Positions 12,544 through 25,121 of a DNA stretch of 64,000 nt are shown here, piece after piece; within the stretch, counting starts at the first letter, position 1; every line of letters starts with the position of its first letter. Position numbers and translations under genes: made by a program. Source of the stretch: Saprolegnia diclina VS20. Taxonomy: Eukaryota. The notes under the pieces were generated by a model. The model saw nothing but the letters and a program-made list of their open reading frames with translations. It did no database searches and had not been told where the DNA came from. Location: contig NW_008246090.1 in NCBI RefSeq assembly GCF_000281045.1, positions 234,863 through 298,862 of the forward strand. The letters are read 5' to 3'.

Positions 12544-14848
12544 CTAGCCGAGCGTTCGCAGCGTCGCGAGCATGAGCGACTCGGGGAACGCACGCGTCGA
12601 CCGCCAATGCACGTCGTGCGCTTCCTTTTGCAGGCCGCGCTCGCGGTAGTATGTGATGTACGCGACCCACACGTCTAGGCATTTTCGCTACATGAGCAAC
12701 CTCGCAATGCCACCGCAACGCACCTTCGTCCGTCTGGCCAAACAAGTCGATGAGCTTCTCAAAGAGCGCCTTCACCGCGACCCGCTGCGCCGGCGAGTCG
12801 GGCTGCGCGACCTCGAGCGCCACGCACACGTCAAGCCACGCGTGCGTGTCGTCGTTCGGGAGCAGCTGGCCGTTGAAGAAGCTGCGGTACACGGGGCGCA
12901 CGGCCGCCATGCCCTTGGTGCGGAAGAGCCACGTCACGTACTGCTGGCGCAGCACAGTCCAGTTGTTGGTCGCCACAAGTGCTTTCTACAGGACAGCGTG
13001 TCAGCACCGCGCATGGAAGCATCGCGTTGCAGGTTATGTACCTTGAAGGTCGCGTCGATCGTCGACGTCGACGCCTTGGCCGCGAACTGCAGCTGAAGGG
13101 AGCGCTCCCAGAGCAGCGTCGCGTCCGGAACGTGGCGCAAGCCTTCCTCAATGACGCTTAATGTGGCCTGGAACTTGGACGGCGCGGCTGCCGTCGTCTT
13201 GGCGCGCTTGGTCGCCGGCGCCGCCTCGACCACGCACGCCGCACGCATGACGAGCTGGGCGCGGAGGAGCCAGAGGTGCGCGTCCTTGGGGAAGGCCGTC
13301 GTCGCCGCCGTAGCGATCGCGATCGCCGACACCAAGTCGGCCGTGCGCAGCGTAAAGTCGACAAGCGCGGCGTACAGCGCCGGCGTCGACGGGCCCACGG
13401 ACGTAAAGAGCGCGCGCGTCCGCTCCAAGAACCACGTCGACTACGCACCTCGTCCATGAGACGGCTTGGAAACTAGGCGTGCGTACCGCGGGGAGGCGCG
13501 AGAGCTCCTTGGCGCACCAGAGAAGCAGCTCATGGCGCATCGCGTCGGTCGGGAGGGTCTCGAGCGCGGTCGTGTAGCGCTACATAATGCATTCGACTCG
13601 TTGTTTCGTCAAGACTAGCACGACGCACCTCGAGGGCTTCGCTGCGCACGGCGTCCACGTCTCGCTCCAAGTCGAACGCGGGCTGCTGGCAATGCGCGCT
13701 CCAGACGGTCGCGTCGGTGCCAAAGTCCTCGAGGGCCGACGCGAGCACGATGTCGGCAATGGCCTTCGAGTAGCTCGTGGGGAAGAGGTGGCAGATCTCG
13801 ACAAACTTGAGGCGGAACGAGGCGTCGTTCGGGATCGCTACGCGTTTTATGAGCTGATAGAGCCAAAGTTGAAGGCAAAAGACCTTGGATGGCGTTCTGG
13901 AAGACAATCTTGGGAATCGCAGCGTTGAGAATCGCTTGGCGCGACTCCTCCATGGCACTGACGGCCGGCACCTCGTCATTGTTCGCAAGGTTGGCCTCTT
14001 CGTCGAGCGTCTCAATCTCGAGCGAGAGCTCCTTGGGCTTCTCGACCGGCGCGTCGAGGCCGAGGAGCTCGCGGCGGGCGCGGAGCTTTTGGACGTAAAG
14101 GAATTCGAGGCGGAAGTACTCGGCCCAGAGGCGCTGCGAGTGCGGGTTGATGCGGATCGAGCGCTGCATGAGCACTAGACAGGATGCTGTGTGAGCACAC
14201 GGCATGAGCGAGATATGGTCGTACCGCGCGCCGAGTCCATGTTGAGGTTGGTGTTGAACTCCCACGAGGCCGCTTCGATCCAAATGGCTTCGTTGCGCGG
14301 GTGCAGCTGCAGCGCGCTAGAATAGGCATGAGTATTTGTAGAGGGTTGAGGTGTGTCGTACCTCGTGAAGAGCTTGGACATCATCTTGCGGCTCGCATTG
14401 TTCTTGCAGTACGCAATATGCTGCAGCCAGAGGTCGATGTCGCCCTTGTGCTTGTTGATCGCGCGCTCAAAGATGTTGTGGACGCGCGCGACAGGCGCGT
14501 GGTCGCTGATCGTCGTCTTCTTGAGGCCTAGGCATCATCGACGTCGGCGAAGGATCCGACTGGCATGGCCGGTCGTCGTACCCATGCGCTTCTTGCGCTG
14601 ACGGCGGAGTGCATCGAGGTTGAGCTCGTACTCGATGTAGCGGAGGCAGTCGACCTTGCGCAGCGGCTGGCGCTTCATCGTGTACTCAAAGTCCCGGCGC
14701 TTCTGCACGATCTGCCGGATCTCGTCCTATCGTCGTGATGAGCGGTGCGATGCGATCGGCGTCGTACCTTGGAGAAGATCTGGAGCTGCTGGAGATCCTC
14801 CAGCTCCGGGATCATCTTCTCCATGTTGTAGTTCACTTGGTCGGCCAT
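12544..14848 (-). CDS. UTP6: U3 snoRNA-associated protein 6 (HAT repeats), multi-exon
   Basis: Start MADQVNYNMEKMIPELEDLQ, then IVQKRRDFEY and CLRYIEYELNLDALR. HAT repeats follow (LHPRNEAIWIEAASWEF, QRLWAEYFRLE). Introns are ~41 nt (e.g. 14727-14767). Confidence 0.9.
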
Positions 14849-15258
14849 CTTGCTTCGAGGGGTCTGCGGCGGTCGCGGCGATACGGAGCTCTGGCACCAA
14901 AGATGTTAGCGCTTCAATTTCAAGCTTTATGACTGGTTTGGAGACGGACTGATGCCATTGGCTATAATACACAAGTTTTAAGCCAATCGAACCAATTGTG
15001 AGTTTTGGCCAATGAGCGCCCCTTTGCTCGCCCACGACCCCTGACCTCGGCCATCGATCGCGGCTTGGCTGCTTGGGACTGGCAACAGGGACAGCACCGC
15101 TACTACTTGCAGGCGGCAGCAGCTTCCTGCTCACACTCGACTAACTCGAACCAGCACAAGAACAGTGTCGCAACACCTGAGACGACCAGAGGCTACGGGA
15201 TCATCTACACTTCAATTTCTTCTTATGGCTGCATGCCGATGCTGGTACTTGCGTGCAT

Positions 15259-17002
15259 TTACGTGGCCTTGGGCGTCGTCCAGCTCGTGTTGATCGGGCC
15301 AAAGTCGTTGATGATTTCGCGGTGGCACGACCAGACGAGCTTGATGGCCTCGGGCGTACCGATGGCACCGGCACGCGGGTCGCCGGCAGGGCCGAACCAG
15401 TGGTTCTGGGGCGCACCCGTCGTGCGCGCGCGGATGCCGTTGTACGTCGTGCCGTTGACCGTGTTGGCGAGGATGTGCTGCTGGAAACCAATGTCGTTCG
15501 AGACGACCGACGCCGTCAAGTGGGCCTCCATGCGCTCGAGCATGTTAAGGACAGTGTCGACCTCGCCGTCCTTGTACTCGGTGAGGATCTGGAACGGGCC
15601 AAAGATCTCAGTCGTGACGAGCTCGAAGTTCTCGGGCTTGGCGGCTTCCGCAAGGGGCACGTACACGGCCGTGGGCTCGATCGCGCCGTAGCACGACGGG
15701 ATCGAGTGGTTCTTGAGCTCCTTGCCGCCAAAGACGACGCGGGCACCAGGGATCTTGAGCAAGTTGTCGACGTGGTCGAGCATGCGCTTGGTCGTGACCG
15801 TAAGGACAGGGCCGATCGTCAACTCGTCCAAGTTGCGGCGCGCCGCGAGGGTCTTGAGCTTGGCTTCAATGCCCGCCTTGGTCCAGTTCTCGTGCATGAA
15901 GAGGATCGACTGCGCCGAGCACTTCTGGCCCGAGCACGCGTACGCATCCTAAAAGAAACATGAGTCTCGACCTGTGAAGAGGTCTTGTACCTGGTCGCAC
16001 ACAAAGGCCACGTAGTCTTCGTCCGAGACATCGGGGCCGAGGATCTTCCAGTCAAAGCCGGCATCCTCGAGCTTGATGCGGCCCTTGAGGTCACTGGCGA
16101 GCTTTTCGGCGACGACCGACGAGCCCGTGAAGAGCGTGTTCTTGGGCTTGCCCTTGAGGAGGAGCTCGTTCATGACGGGGCCGTCCGAGTTGATGAAGTC
16201 AACGTCCGACGTGGGCATGCCGCAGGCGTGGAGCATGCGGAGCGCCTCGTACATGACGACAGCGACCTTCGAGTCGAGCTTCATCGTGACGCGGTTACCC
16301 ATGTAGAGAGCACCCATGAGCTGAAGCATGGGGATTTCAAAGGGAAAGTTGAACGGCGTAATGAGCGCGACGGGGCCATACGGCCAGCGGTGGCCCGTGC
16401 TCATCTGGCCCAAGTGGTCGCCCGGCACGCCAAACGAGCGCGCAAGGAAGCGGACCTGGTCGCCCGAGAAGTTTTCCAAAAACTTGCGCGTGACGACAAC
16501 CTCGGCCTTGGCCTGCTCGTACGACTTGGGCGCGACACGCTGGATGAGGCGCGTAAAGTAGTGCAAGACGTGCGGCTTGCGGAGCTCGGCGGCAGCCTTG
16601 TGCGACACGTCACCGTAGAGCAAGTAGCGCTCGACGTTCTTGAACGGGTTGTGCAGACCGTGCTTGGGCGTCGCGAGCATGTTGTCGATGAACGGCTTGA
16701 GCTCATCCTTCTGCGTGAGCGGGACGTTCATGAACACCTCGCCCGTGAGCGGGTCCTTGATGCCCTCGACCTTGCTCGCGCTGACCCACTCGCCGTTGAC
16801 TAGTACACACATATGATGAGCCTCCATTGCCAGCATCATCTTGATGCAAGATCGTACGCAAGTTGTGGATCTCGGTGGGCGCAGCGCCCGAGACGTTCTC
16901 GGCGTCGACCTTGGCCCACGACGGCATGGCATGGGCCGAGCTGGCGGCGCGGGCAGCGCCGGCCACATGGAGCGAGCGGTTCAGGAAACGGCGGGCCAGC
17001 AT
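15259..17002 (-). CDS. ALDH12: Mitochondrial delta-1-pyrroline-5-carboxylate dehydrogenase, ALDH12 (plant-like) family
   Basis: Presequence MLARRFLNRSL. ALDH12 motifs: FLENFSGDQVRFLARSF, RWPYGPVALITPFNFP, KLEDAGFDWKILGPD, ACSGQKCSAQS and GAPQNHWFGPAGDPRAGAIGTPEAIKLVWSCHREI. One intron is at 15949-15990. Confidence 0.9.
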
Positions 17003-17860
17003 CTTGCGACTTGGGTCCTTCGGGTCGTTTGCAAAAGTGATGCAGTGCTTGAGGCCGCAGATACTCAATTTGGGCTCCACGGAAAGCTCATTCTCAAAAC
17101 CGTCATCTTTTTATAGATTTTGAGAAGCATTTTTATTGTCACTCAATACAAAACACAAAATAACATTGATTCCGAAATTTATAGAGGTAAAAAAAGGACG
17201 CCCGATTTAATGGCCGGGAGATTCGCTGCGACTCGAGCCAATCAGCGACGAGGCACGGAGCACCACGATGTAACTTCAACTTGGTCCCCGCGATGTCCCA
17301 TCCATGGGCCGGCGATACAGGATGGGACGCATGGAAGGAGCATGCGGCTCATAATGCTAGTGGCGTCGAGGTAGAGCTACGGCTGACAGCGCCAACAAGC
17401 TATGGAAAGTGGTCGTCGTCGGGCTCTCGGGGGATTGTCCCACGACAGTCCGTACCCGACCGACCACGCATGGGTATCTACTTGACGCGTTTGTCGACCG
17501 CGCCTCGAATCTTCATGCGCCAACATGCGTGTGCTCTGTAGACCAGGATAGCGTGAAGGGCGTCGTTCTGGCGTACGCAGTAGGACGAGTACCATGGGGC
17601 GGGCCAACATCGTGTACGTAGTGGTACATTAATCGGTGAAACAATCGTGCAGGCGTGGACACTGCCTACGGTGGTCCACGTCACGCCACTGAGGCCGCGG
17701 GCGCCAACTCGCGACGACATCATGGCGGCCATCGTTTTCTTGGGCACGCGGGGACAGATAAATAGTTGGACGTCGGGCACGGGTTAGATACTTGTACGTG
17801 TCATCATGCTCGAGGGACGGGCGATTGACGGGCACAACGGCGATCGCTTGGGACGCGGCG

Positions 17861-18046
17861 CTAATGGCCAGCGTTGTTGCTCACTTCTTCGGGCAGCTTG
17901 ATACCCGAGACGCCGTTCCTTCGCCCGACGGCGCCGCGCCGCGCCAGCTCTTCGGGGCTCAAGGTCTCGTCGTCGTTGTCGTCAACGCCCATCTTCTCGT
18001 CGGCGCGGACCTTCTCTTCCGGCGTCATCTTGCGGTCGTTGTCCAT
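17861..18046 (-). CDS. Small acidic hypothetical protein (61 aa) with tandem RRxA/RRxG pseudosubstrate-like motifs
   Basis: The ORF reads MDNDRKMTPEEKVRADEKMGVDDNDDETLSPEELARRGAVGRRNGVSGIKLPEEVSNNAGH. Its codon usage (GAC, AAG, GAG, GTC, CGC) resembles the neighbouring real genes, unlike the flanks. Confidence 0.5.
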   Translation of the reverse strand: MDNDRKMTPEEKVRADEKMGVDDNDDETLSPEELARRGAVGRRNGVSGIKLPEEVSNNAGH

Positions 18047-18629
18047 TGCGCTCGAGGCGGCGGAATCCAAACTTGCTCTCCGCTTGCGCCGGCCGCCGAT
18101 AACTGTCGGACGCAAATGGTACTCGTCGGGCCTTGCTATATTTCTGTCCATAGACATGGCTTGTCCGCAGGTATCGAGTGTGACAGGTTTCAAAGCTGCT
18201 TTGGATATGACATGTCATATAGAAGCGTATCGTATCTCTGCATATATCGAATGTCAAAGGTCATTGAACCCCATCGGCGTCACCCCGACGCCGGATAGAG
18301 CATTAGTCACACATACAAACGCCAAGGTATTGCGTGGACGGCAAAAAATCGAAGGCAGTTTATCCGGATGACCGCGGGGACGTGCGATCTTCTTGCACCG
18401 CGTCGCGACGGCTCGGACGGGGCGAGGTTGCGTCGGGAAGCGACGCAAGATATGTAGTAACTCGTGGACAGGGCCACCATTAGCATGCAACCCTGCTTCG
18501 GACAAGCGAAGATCGCAGTAGCCTCGACCAGGTCCAGTGATTCCTTCTTGCACCATTCGAGGCATAGCAGAATAAGCTTCGATCCAGCACCATCAGGCTA
18601 AGAACTCAGTTACAAGCATGCACTATCGA

Positions 18630-19353
18630 CTAGCTCATTATCTCGTCGACGACGACTTCGTCGGGATGGTACTTGGACGGATCGATGCGATACCTACAGG
18701 CAACGTGGTGGGGCGACCATCCATCGCTGGAGTGAGAAGCAAGCACGTACATGTTGCCATATTGAATCGTCGGCGCGTGGTCGCTGTCGACATCCACGAT
18801 GCACACGGCCATGGCTAGTACCGGAAGCATAAGCGACGCGTTGGATATGTGTACGTACTGTTGGCGTCCAGCACGCGATACGTGATGGTCACCATGGACT
18901 CTTGGAGACAAAAGTTGAAGATCGCAACGCTCGACTCGGGCTTGAAGAGGCCATGGCAGGTCACACCTTCGAAGCTCCACTCCATGAACGTGCCTTGCTC
19001 GTCCGGGATAAACTAGCAATGGCCATGCGTCCGGAGCGAGGACAATTGCTTTCGGCTGTACCTGGATCGTGTACGCATTCGTGAGCTCGCTCTTGCGGAT
19101 GCCACGCCCAAATGACCACTTGAGAAAGCTATGCATATCGTTTAGCCTCGCCATGATGGCGCGCCGACGGCTACCGCGTGTTGGGTTGCTTGGCCGCGAG
19201 CATGTCTTCCTCAATGAGCACGACGTTGTTGGTCGTGCGGAGGTGCTTGAAGGTCGAGCCAAAGTTGCGCCACTCGAGCGTCCGCTTCCACGTCCCAAGC
19301 AAGTAGCTGCAAAAGTCGCCGCCCGGCACGTCAAACCGCGTCGCGCTGTTCAT
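18630..19353 (-). CDS. Hypothetical protein, ~5 exons, possible calycin-type beta-barrel
   Basis: The spliced reading MNSATRFDVPGGDFCSYLLGTWKRTLEWRNFG.../FLKWSFGRG.../FIPDEQGTFMEWSFEGVTCHGLF.../MAVCIVDVD.../YRIDPSKYHPDEVVVDEIMS* is joined by short GT-AG introns. Confidence 0.6.
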
Positions 19354-19388
19354 CTCGGCCCCTCCTTGCGTCCTTGTCAAGTGGCAGC

Positions 19389-19398
19389 GTATCCGGAC
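19389..19398. promoter_or_regulatory. Recurrent promoter motif GTATCCGGAC
   Basis: Lies 36 bp upstream of the ATG at 19353. The same 10-mer recurs upstream of four other genes. Confidence 0.5.
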
Positions 19399-19987
19399 GA
19401 CTGCCGGTCCACGCCGTAAATAGTGTATGCTGGCACCAGTTCAAGAGGTCGCCGAAGCCGATCTTGCTACGCAGCCTCTTTGTGGCAAGCCGCCACGAAC
19501 GATGTGGACGCGCCCAGATGCACCTGCGAAGCGGCTTTGTCCCGACGTCCTTTCTACGGGAAAAAGATACGACATCGTCGGACAAACGTCCATTGACCGT
19601 AGTTGAAGTGGTCCCGAAGCGCTGTCGATGACGCTGGGGTCACCCAAAGAAGCCTGCAGAGTCTGGCGTCGTAATGGCGCGACACGCCATGACGTCATGC
19701 ACGGTAGTACGTATTCGCATGTGTATCTGCGCCAGGATCGCAACTTGAAGCTACCGAGTCGCGCTGCTCGGGCGCCGCGCCGACAGGCAGACGCCTGCCG
19801 TCGACGACCCAAAACGCTCTACTCTATGTGTAGTCTATGCCTAGCGGCTAGCGGCGATGCTAGGGACGGACCCGACGAGCTTGGAGGTGGCGCTACCTGG
19901 GCCAACGCCACGCAGAGGCTGTAAAAAAGAACACACTATTACCTGCTGCTCGGTTTATCCGAACGTTCTTGGTAGTTGCGAATTGGC

Positions 19988-21259
19988 ATGAAAGGGTTGA
20001 TCCTCATCGGCGGCTTCGGCACGCGCCTGCGCCCGCTCACGCTCTCGACGCCGACGCCGCTCGTCGACTTTTGCAACAAGTCGCTCGTGCGCCACCAGAT
20101 CGAAGCGCTCGCGGCCGTCGGCGTCGACGAGGTCATCCTCGCCATCAACTACCAGCCGGCGACGATGCTGCCAGCGCTCGCCGTCATCTCGCGCGACCTC
20201 GGCATCAAGATCACGTGCTCGCACGAGACCGAGCCGCTGGGAACGGCGGGGCCACTCGCGCTGGCCCGCGCGCACCTCGAGGTCGATGAGCCCTTCTTTG
20301 TCATCAACAGCGACATCATGGCCGACTTTACCGCCTTGGCGCATGCGCTGTCGTTTCACCGCGCGCATGGCGCCGAGGGCACGATCTTGCTCACGCAGGT
20401 CGACGAGCCAAGCAACTATGGCGTCGTGCTCACTGACTTAGACGGCTCGGGGCGCGTTGACCGCTTCATCGAGAAGCCGCGCGAGTTTGTCGGCAACATC
20501 ATCAACGCGGGCATCTACATTTTCGAGCGCGAGATCCTCGACCGAATCCAGGTACTACTTGCGTCTTGTGCTCGTCGCAGTAAGGATGCATTATGCTCCA
20601 TTAGCTACGACCGACGTCAATGGAGACGGAGATCTTTCCCCAAATGGCCGCCGAAGGCAACCTCTTCTCGATGCGTCTCCCGGGCTACTGGACCGACGTG
20701 GGCCAGCCCAAGGTACTTGGCGAGTACGATCTGTTCTTATTGCTTGTTAAATAGGACTTTTTGACGGGTATGTGCAAACACCTCGAGCACTTGTGTGCGA
20801 CGAGCCCCCACCTGCTGACGACCGGCGTCAACTTTGTTGGCCACGTCCTTGTGGTGCGTTGGCAGCGGCGCGTCATTCGCTCACTTGAAGTTAGGACCCG
20901 AGCGCGAGCATCGGAGACGGCTGCTTGATTGGCCCCGACGTGGTCATTGGCGCGGGCTGTGTTGTCGAAGAAGGTGCTTGGTCGGCCGTTGGACGAGAGA
21001 GCTTATAGAAGTACTATTAGGCGTCCGATTGAGCCAAACGACGCTGCTGCGGGACGTGACAGTGCGCTCGAACTCGTGGATTCACAATAGCATCATTGGG
21101 TGGGGCTCGACCATCGGGCGCTGGTGTCGCCTCGAGGGCACGACGGTCCTCGGCGAGGACGTCCAGGTCAAGGACGAGCGCTTCATCAATGGCGGGATGG
21201 TGCTGCCCCACCGCGCCATCTCGACCAACATCCCGGAACCCGGCACGATCGTCATGTAG
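19988..21259 (+). CDS. GMPPB: Mannose-1-phosphate guanylyltransferase (GDP-mannose pyrophosphorylase, GMPPB/Psa1 type)
   Basis: [48 protein letters not shown], a C-terminal hexapeptide beta-helix and a terminal GGMVLPH...PEPGTIVM. Confidence 0.92.
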
Positions 21260-21335
21260 CTATAACGTTAATAGGGTGTAAGTGTTTTGGTGGCCACGGG
21301 GATTCTTCTTCTTGTTGATTATCGAGACGGAAAGA

Positions 21336-24300
21336 CTACCGAATGCGCTTGATGGCGATCTGGATGAGGGCTTTGAGACCTTTGAGCCAGTCCTTTTGCT
21401 TGGCCCAGTGGTCCTTCGTCAAAAGCACGTGCACTTGCTGCGCGTGCTTGATGTCCCGCGCCGCGAGGCCGCCCGCGAGGTCGTGGATCAGGTCGAGGAC
21501 GGCGTCGCCCAAGTCGGCGGCGTGGCCGAGCTTGGTAAACAGCACGTCGGCCGCCTTCTTGATCTCACCCAATTGCCGGCCTTCCATCTATCGAGTTGGT
21601 CGCATGAGCACCAACTTCATCAAAGCACGAGATACCGGCGGCAGCTTTTGCATCTCGAGAGCGCCAATGAGGCCGCTCACAGCCGTCACAACCACCATGT
21701 CGTCTTCGTGCACGCCACTCAAGTCGACCGACGTCACGTACGGCGGCGTGTTGGCAGCGACGATCGGCGTCGCAGGCTTGGGCGCCGCGGGCGACTTGGT
21801 GCGCGCGGCGTTGAGCAGCAACGGCTTGGGCGCCGTGTCGACGTGCAGCGCGTCTTCGATCGGCGCGTCATGCAGGTGCGTCGGCGGCGCAGAGTGCGCT
21901 TGCGCCGGTGACTCCTTGTGCACCTGTCCGATTGGCTCCGAGTGCGGCGGCTCCCCATGCGCCTCCATGTGCAACGCCGGTGCTTCTTCGTACGCGACAG
22001 GCTCCTGCTCGTACGCGTTCACGGGTGGTCCTTCGTCGTGCGAAGCAAACTCGGCCGCCGCTGGCGTCTCTGAAGCGTACGACTAGGTGGATGGTGTCAC
22101 CAAGTGCGAGGTATCCTTTGCATGTCCTACCTCGTACGGCTGGTGCGCCGGCTCGTGGTACAAGTCTTCTTGCACAAAGAAGGCGTCGGGGGCAGGTGGC
22201 GTCAACCCATGTTCGTGCGTCGGCTGCGGCGGAAAGTCGTGCTGTGCTACATACTCCTGCTGTGTGGCGTACTCCTGTGCCTGGTGCTCTTGGTGGCCTT
22301 GCTGTGCCTGGTACATCTCGGGGGATGGCGCATACTCCAGCGGCGGCTGAGGCTGATGCGTCGGCTGGGGCTGAGGCGTCGGCTGCGCAACATACGGCTG
22401 CTGGTAGGACGGCGCGTACGTCGGCTGGGAGCCTTGTTGCAGACGCTCCATGATCGCGGCGTCGTGCTTGCCGTATTTGGCCGCAATGTCGAGTTGGCCA
22501 ATCGAGAGCATCTGCAGAGGTCCATGAGAGGGGTATCCATGTGCATGAGAGGTCGTACCAAGGACGCATACTCGCTGTAGAGAGGCAGCGCCGCCGCCGA
22601 CGCGTGGCCCGTCGCCTGCTTGAAGACGCTAATCTTCTCGACAGCGTGCAAGATCGCGAGCGGCTTGGATGCGTCGTCCTGCGCATGCACACGGTCCGCC
22701 CAAATAGCGATCGCGCGGTCCATGTTCATCGCACAGATAAAGCAGAGCGTCGCAGAGGCCACGTCGCCTGCGTCATAGAGCCGCAGCGCAAGCTGGTCGC
22801 AGAGGCTCGGGAACTCTTCGCTTTTCGAGTAGGTACTCAAGATGGCCAGCGTCTCCTTCCACTTGGCGACATCCGACTAGCAAGAGTATACGATTTAGCG
22901 CACGAAACACACCCACCTGTACACACCTCGTGGACAAGCGTCGCAAGTTCATTCTTGATGATGGCGGCCACGATCTTCATGAACGGGCGCTGCTGCTGCT
23001 GGAAGAACGCCTCTTGGGTCCGGTGCCAAAGCTCGGGCCCGCCGCAGGTCGCCAGTAAGAGCGCGTTTGCGAGTTGGTTGTGCCGGAGACAGCACTCGAC
23101 GGCAGCTTCAAAGTTGCCGACGAGGAGCGCGCGCTTGACCATCTCTTCCGACTCGCGCGTAAAGACGGGCAGCGGGTCGGACGGCAGTGACGGGTCCCCG
23201 CTACCGATACTCGGTGCTTTGTTGTCCATGAAGCGCGTCGCCTCGGCCTCGATCTCGTCTTCGTCGAACCCGAGGTGCAACAGCAGCTGCTTGCGCGCGT
23301 CATCGGCAAAGAGGATCTTGAGAAAGCCCCACTCGACGCTGCTCTCGTCCTCGGCGCCGATCTTGTAGTCGCAGAACGCCTTGCCGTCGACGCCGCGGAT
23401 CTCAAGCGCGTCGGCTGCGTCGACGAGCGCGAGCGGGTTGGCCACGCTGGAGGTGACCTCGGGTGTTGCATCTTGCGTCTGCTGCGTCGTCCACTCGGGC
23501 GCATACAACGCCTGCGCGCCCAGACCTATCGCCATCCGGATCGCATCCAACTGTCATCACGATGGCGTACGTACTGTGCACACCAAGCACTTGCGTGCTC
23601 TCTGGCGTCGCGGCCGAGAAGAGACCCGGCGAGAGCGGCGACCACTGCACATGACTGCGCTCGTACCCGCCGCTGTAGTAGCTGCCGTCTGCTTGCTGGT
23701 CGTAGACTTCAAGTGCCAACTGGTTCGAGTGCAGATCCCACACCAACGTCCGGTTGTCCCGGGCGCTCGATAGCACGAATCCTAATGGATTTATTGCATG
23801 GATCAGCCCCATGGGTCCTGGAAGAGGAGGATGACGCACCGGCGTCATGGGGGTTCCACGCGGCCGAGAGGATGCCGGCACGGTGCTCGTAAAACTCGGC
23901 GAGTGGCGTCGTCTTGGATCCTCGCAGATCCCAGAGCCGCACGACGGGATGCGCGTCATCGTTGGAGGCCGTGATGAGCTGGAGGCCTTCGTGCGGGCTC
24001 CACGCAATGACCGACGCCGGCGCGCCGTACGGGTCGTGGAGCTGGCACCACGGCTGCTTTTGCTTCAAGTCCCAGATGGTCGTCGTCCCCGACTGCGAGC
24101 CGGACGCGACGATGAACGCAGCTTGCGTATTCCAGGCCACCCTAGAATGCACCGTTTCGCATCACGCACAGGGTATCGGTCGATTACGTCGTGATCTCGT
24201 GGCCTGCCTGCGCGATGGACGGGCCAGGCGCAAAGATCATGGGCTTCTCGAGCTTGGCGAGCGACGTAATGTACATCTCGCCGTCCCTACGCACGTATAT

Positions 24301-24754
24301 ATGAGCGATCGATGCAGTCGTGGAAGAAGGCGACGTACGCGCCGCCCGAGGCAATCAAGTGGGAGCTATCAGGCCGCGGGTTGAACTGCACCGCGTTGAC
24401 CGCGCCCTTGTGCTTGGTGACCGACCCGAGCAGCGTCTCGTCGCTGTGCAAGACCTTGTTGGCGCTCCAGAGACACACGGTCCCGTCTTCCATCCCACCG
24501 GCAATGACACCAAGCGAGCAGGATGCGCGGTGCTTGAGCACGTCAGCCCATGAGACGGAGAGGAACCGCGACGTCGTGGCGACGCTGCCGAGGCGCTCCA
24601 TGGCCCGGCTCGGGACCGCCATGTTCATCGAGTAGAGCGCAAGCTCATGCTTGCCTTCGCGCAGCGAGCCCATCGCAAGGACTGCATCTCGCGGGCGCTT
24701 GATGGGGCACCACGCCGTCGTGGCGGGGCCGTTGACTTCCTTCAGGACCGACAT
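21336..24754 (-). CDS. SEC31: COPII coat protein SEC31-like (WD40 + ACE1 solenoid + Pro/Gln-rich linker + C-terminal helical domain), divergent
   Basis: WD motifs GVIAGGMEDGTVCLW, KHKGAVNAVQFNP, IWDLKQK and VVRLWDLR. Solenoid motif KRALLVGNFEAAVECCL...ANALLLATCGGPELW. C-terminal EIKKAADVLFTKL...WLKGLKALI. Confidence 0.85.
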
Positions 24755-25121
24755 CTTCCTGTCTTTGCCGAGGAGTATGCAGGCAATTTTGTCGTGATTT
24801 TGGCCAATCGATGTCGCCGTACCGTGGCTTCGTCCACTTGTTGTGATGCCATTGGTCGAAATGAATCTTGTCAACACATCCCGCTGCAGGTCGCTCGAGG
24901 AGGAAGCCTCGCATGGCCGAGCGCCGCCCATGGGCCTAGACATTCGGGTCGAGCGCAAGCCGCTCAGTGTAGACGCCTGCGAAGGAGGGTCTGCAGGGGC
25001 CTCGTGGCTGCTACGACAGCCTGTGTCTATGCCACCGTGCCATGGACCCGCAAAGCAGGGCGCGCGTCTGGCAGGCGCCTCGACGACGGTCCTGGAGGCG
25101 TTACGATAAAATTTCCGTTGC

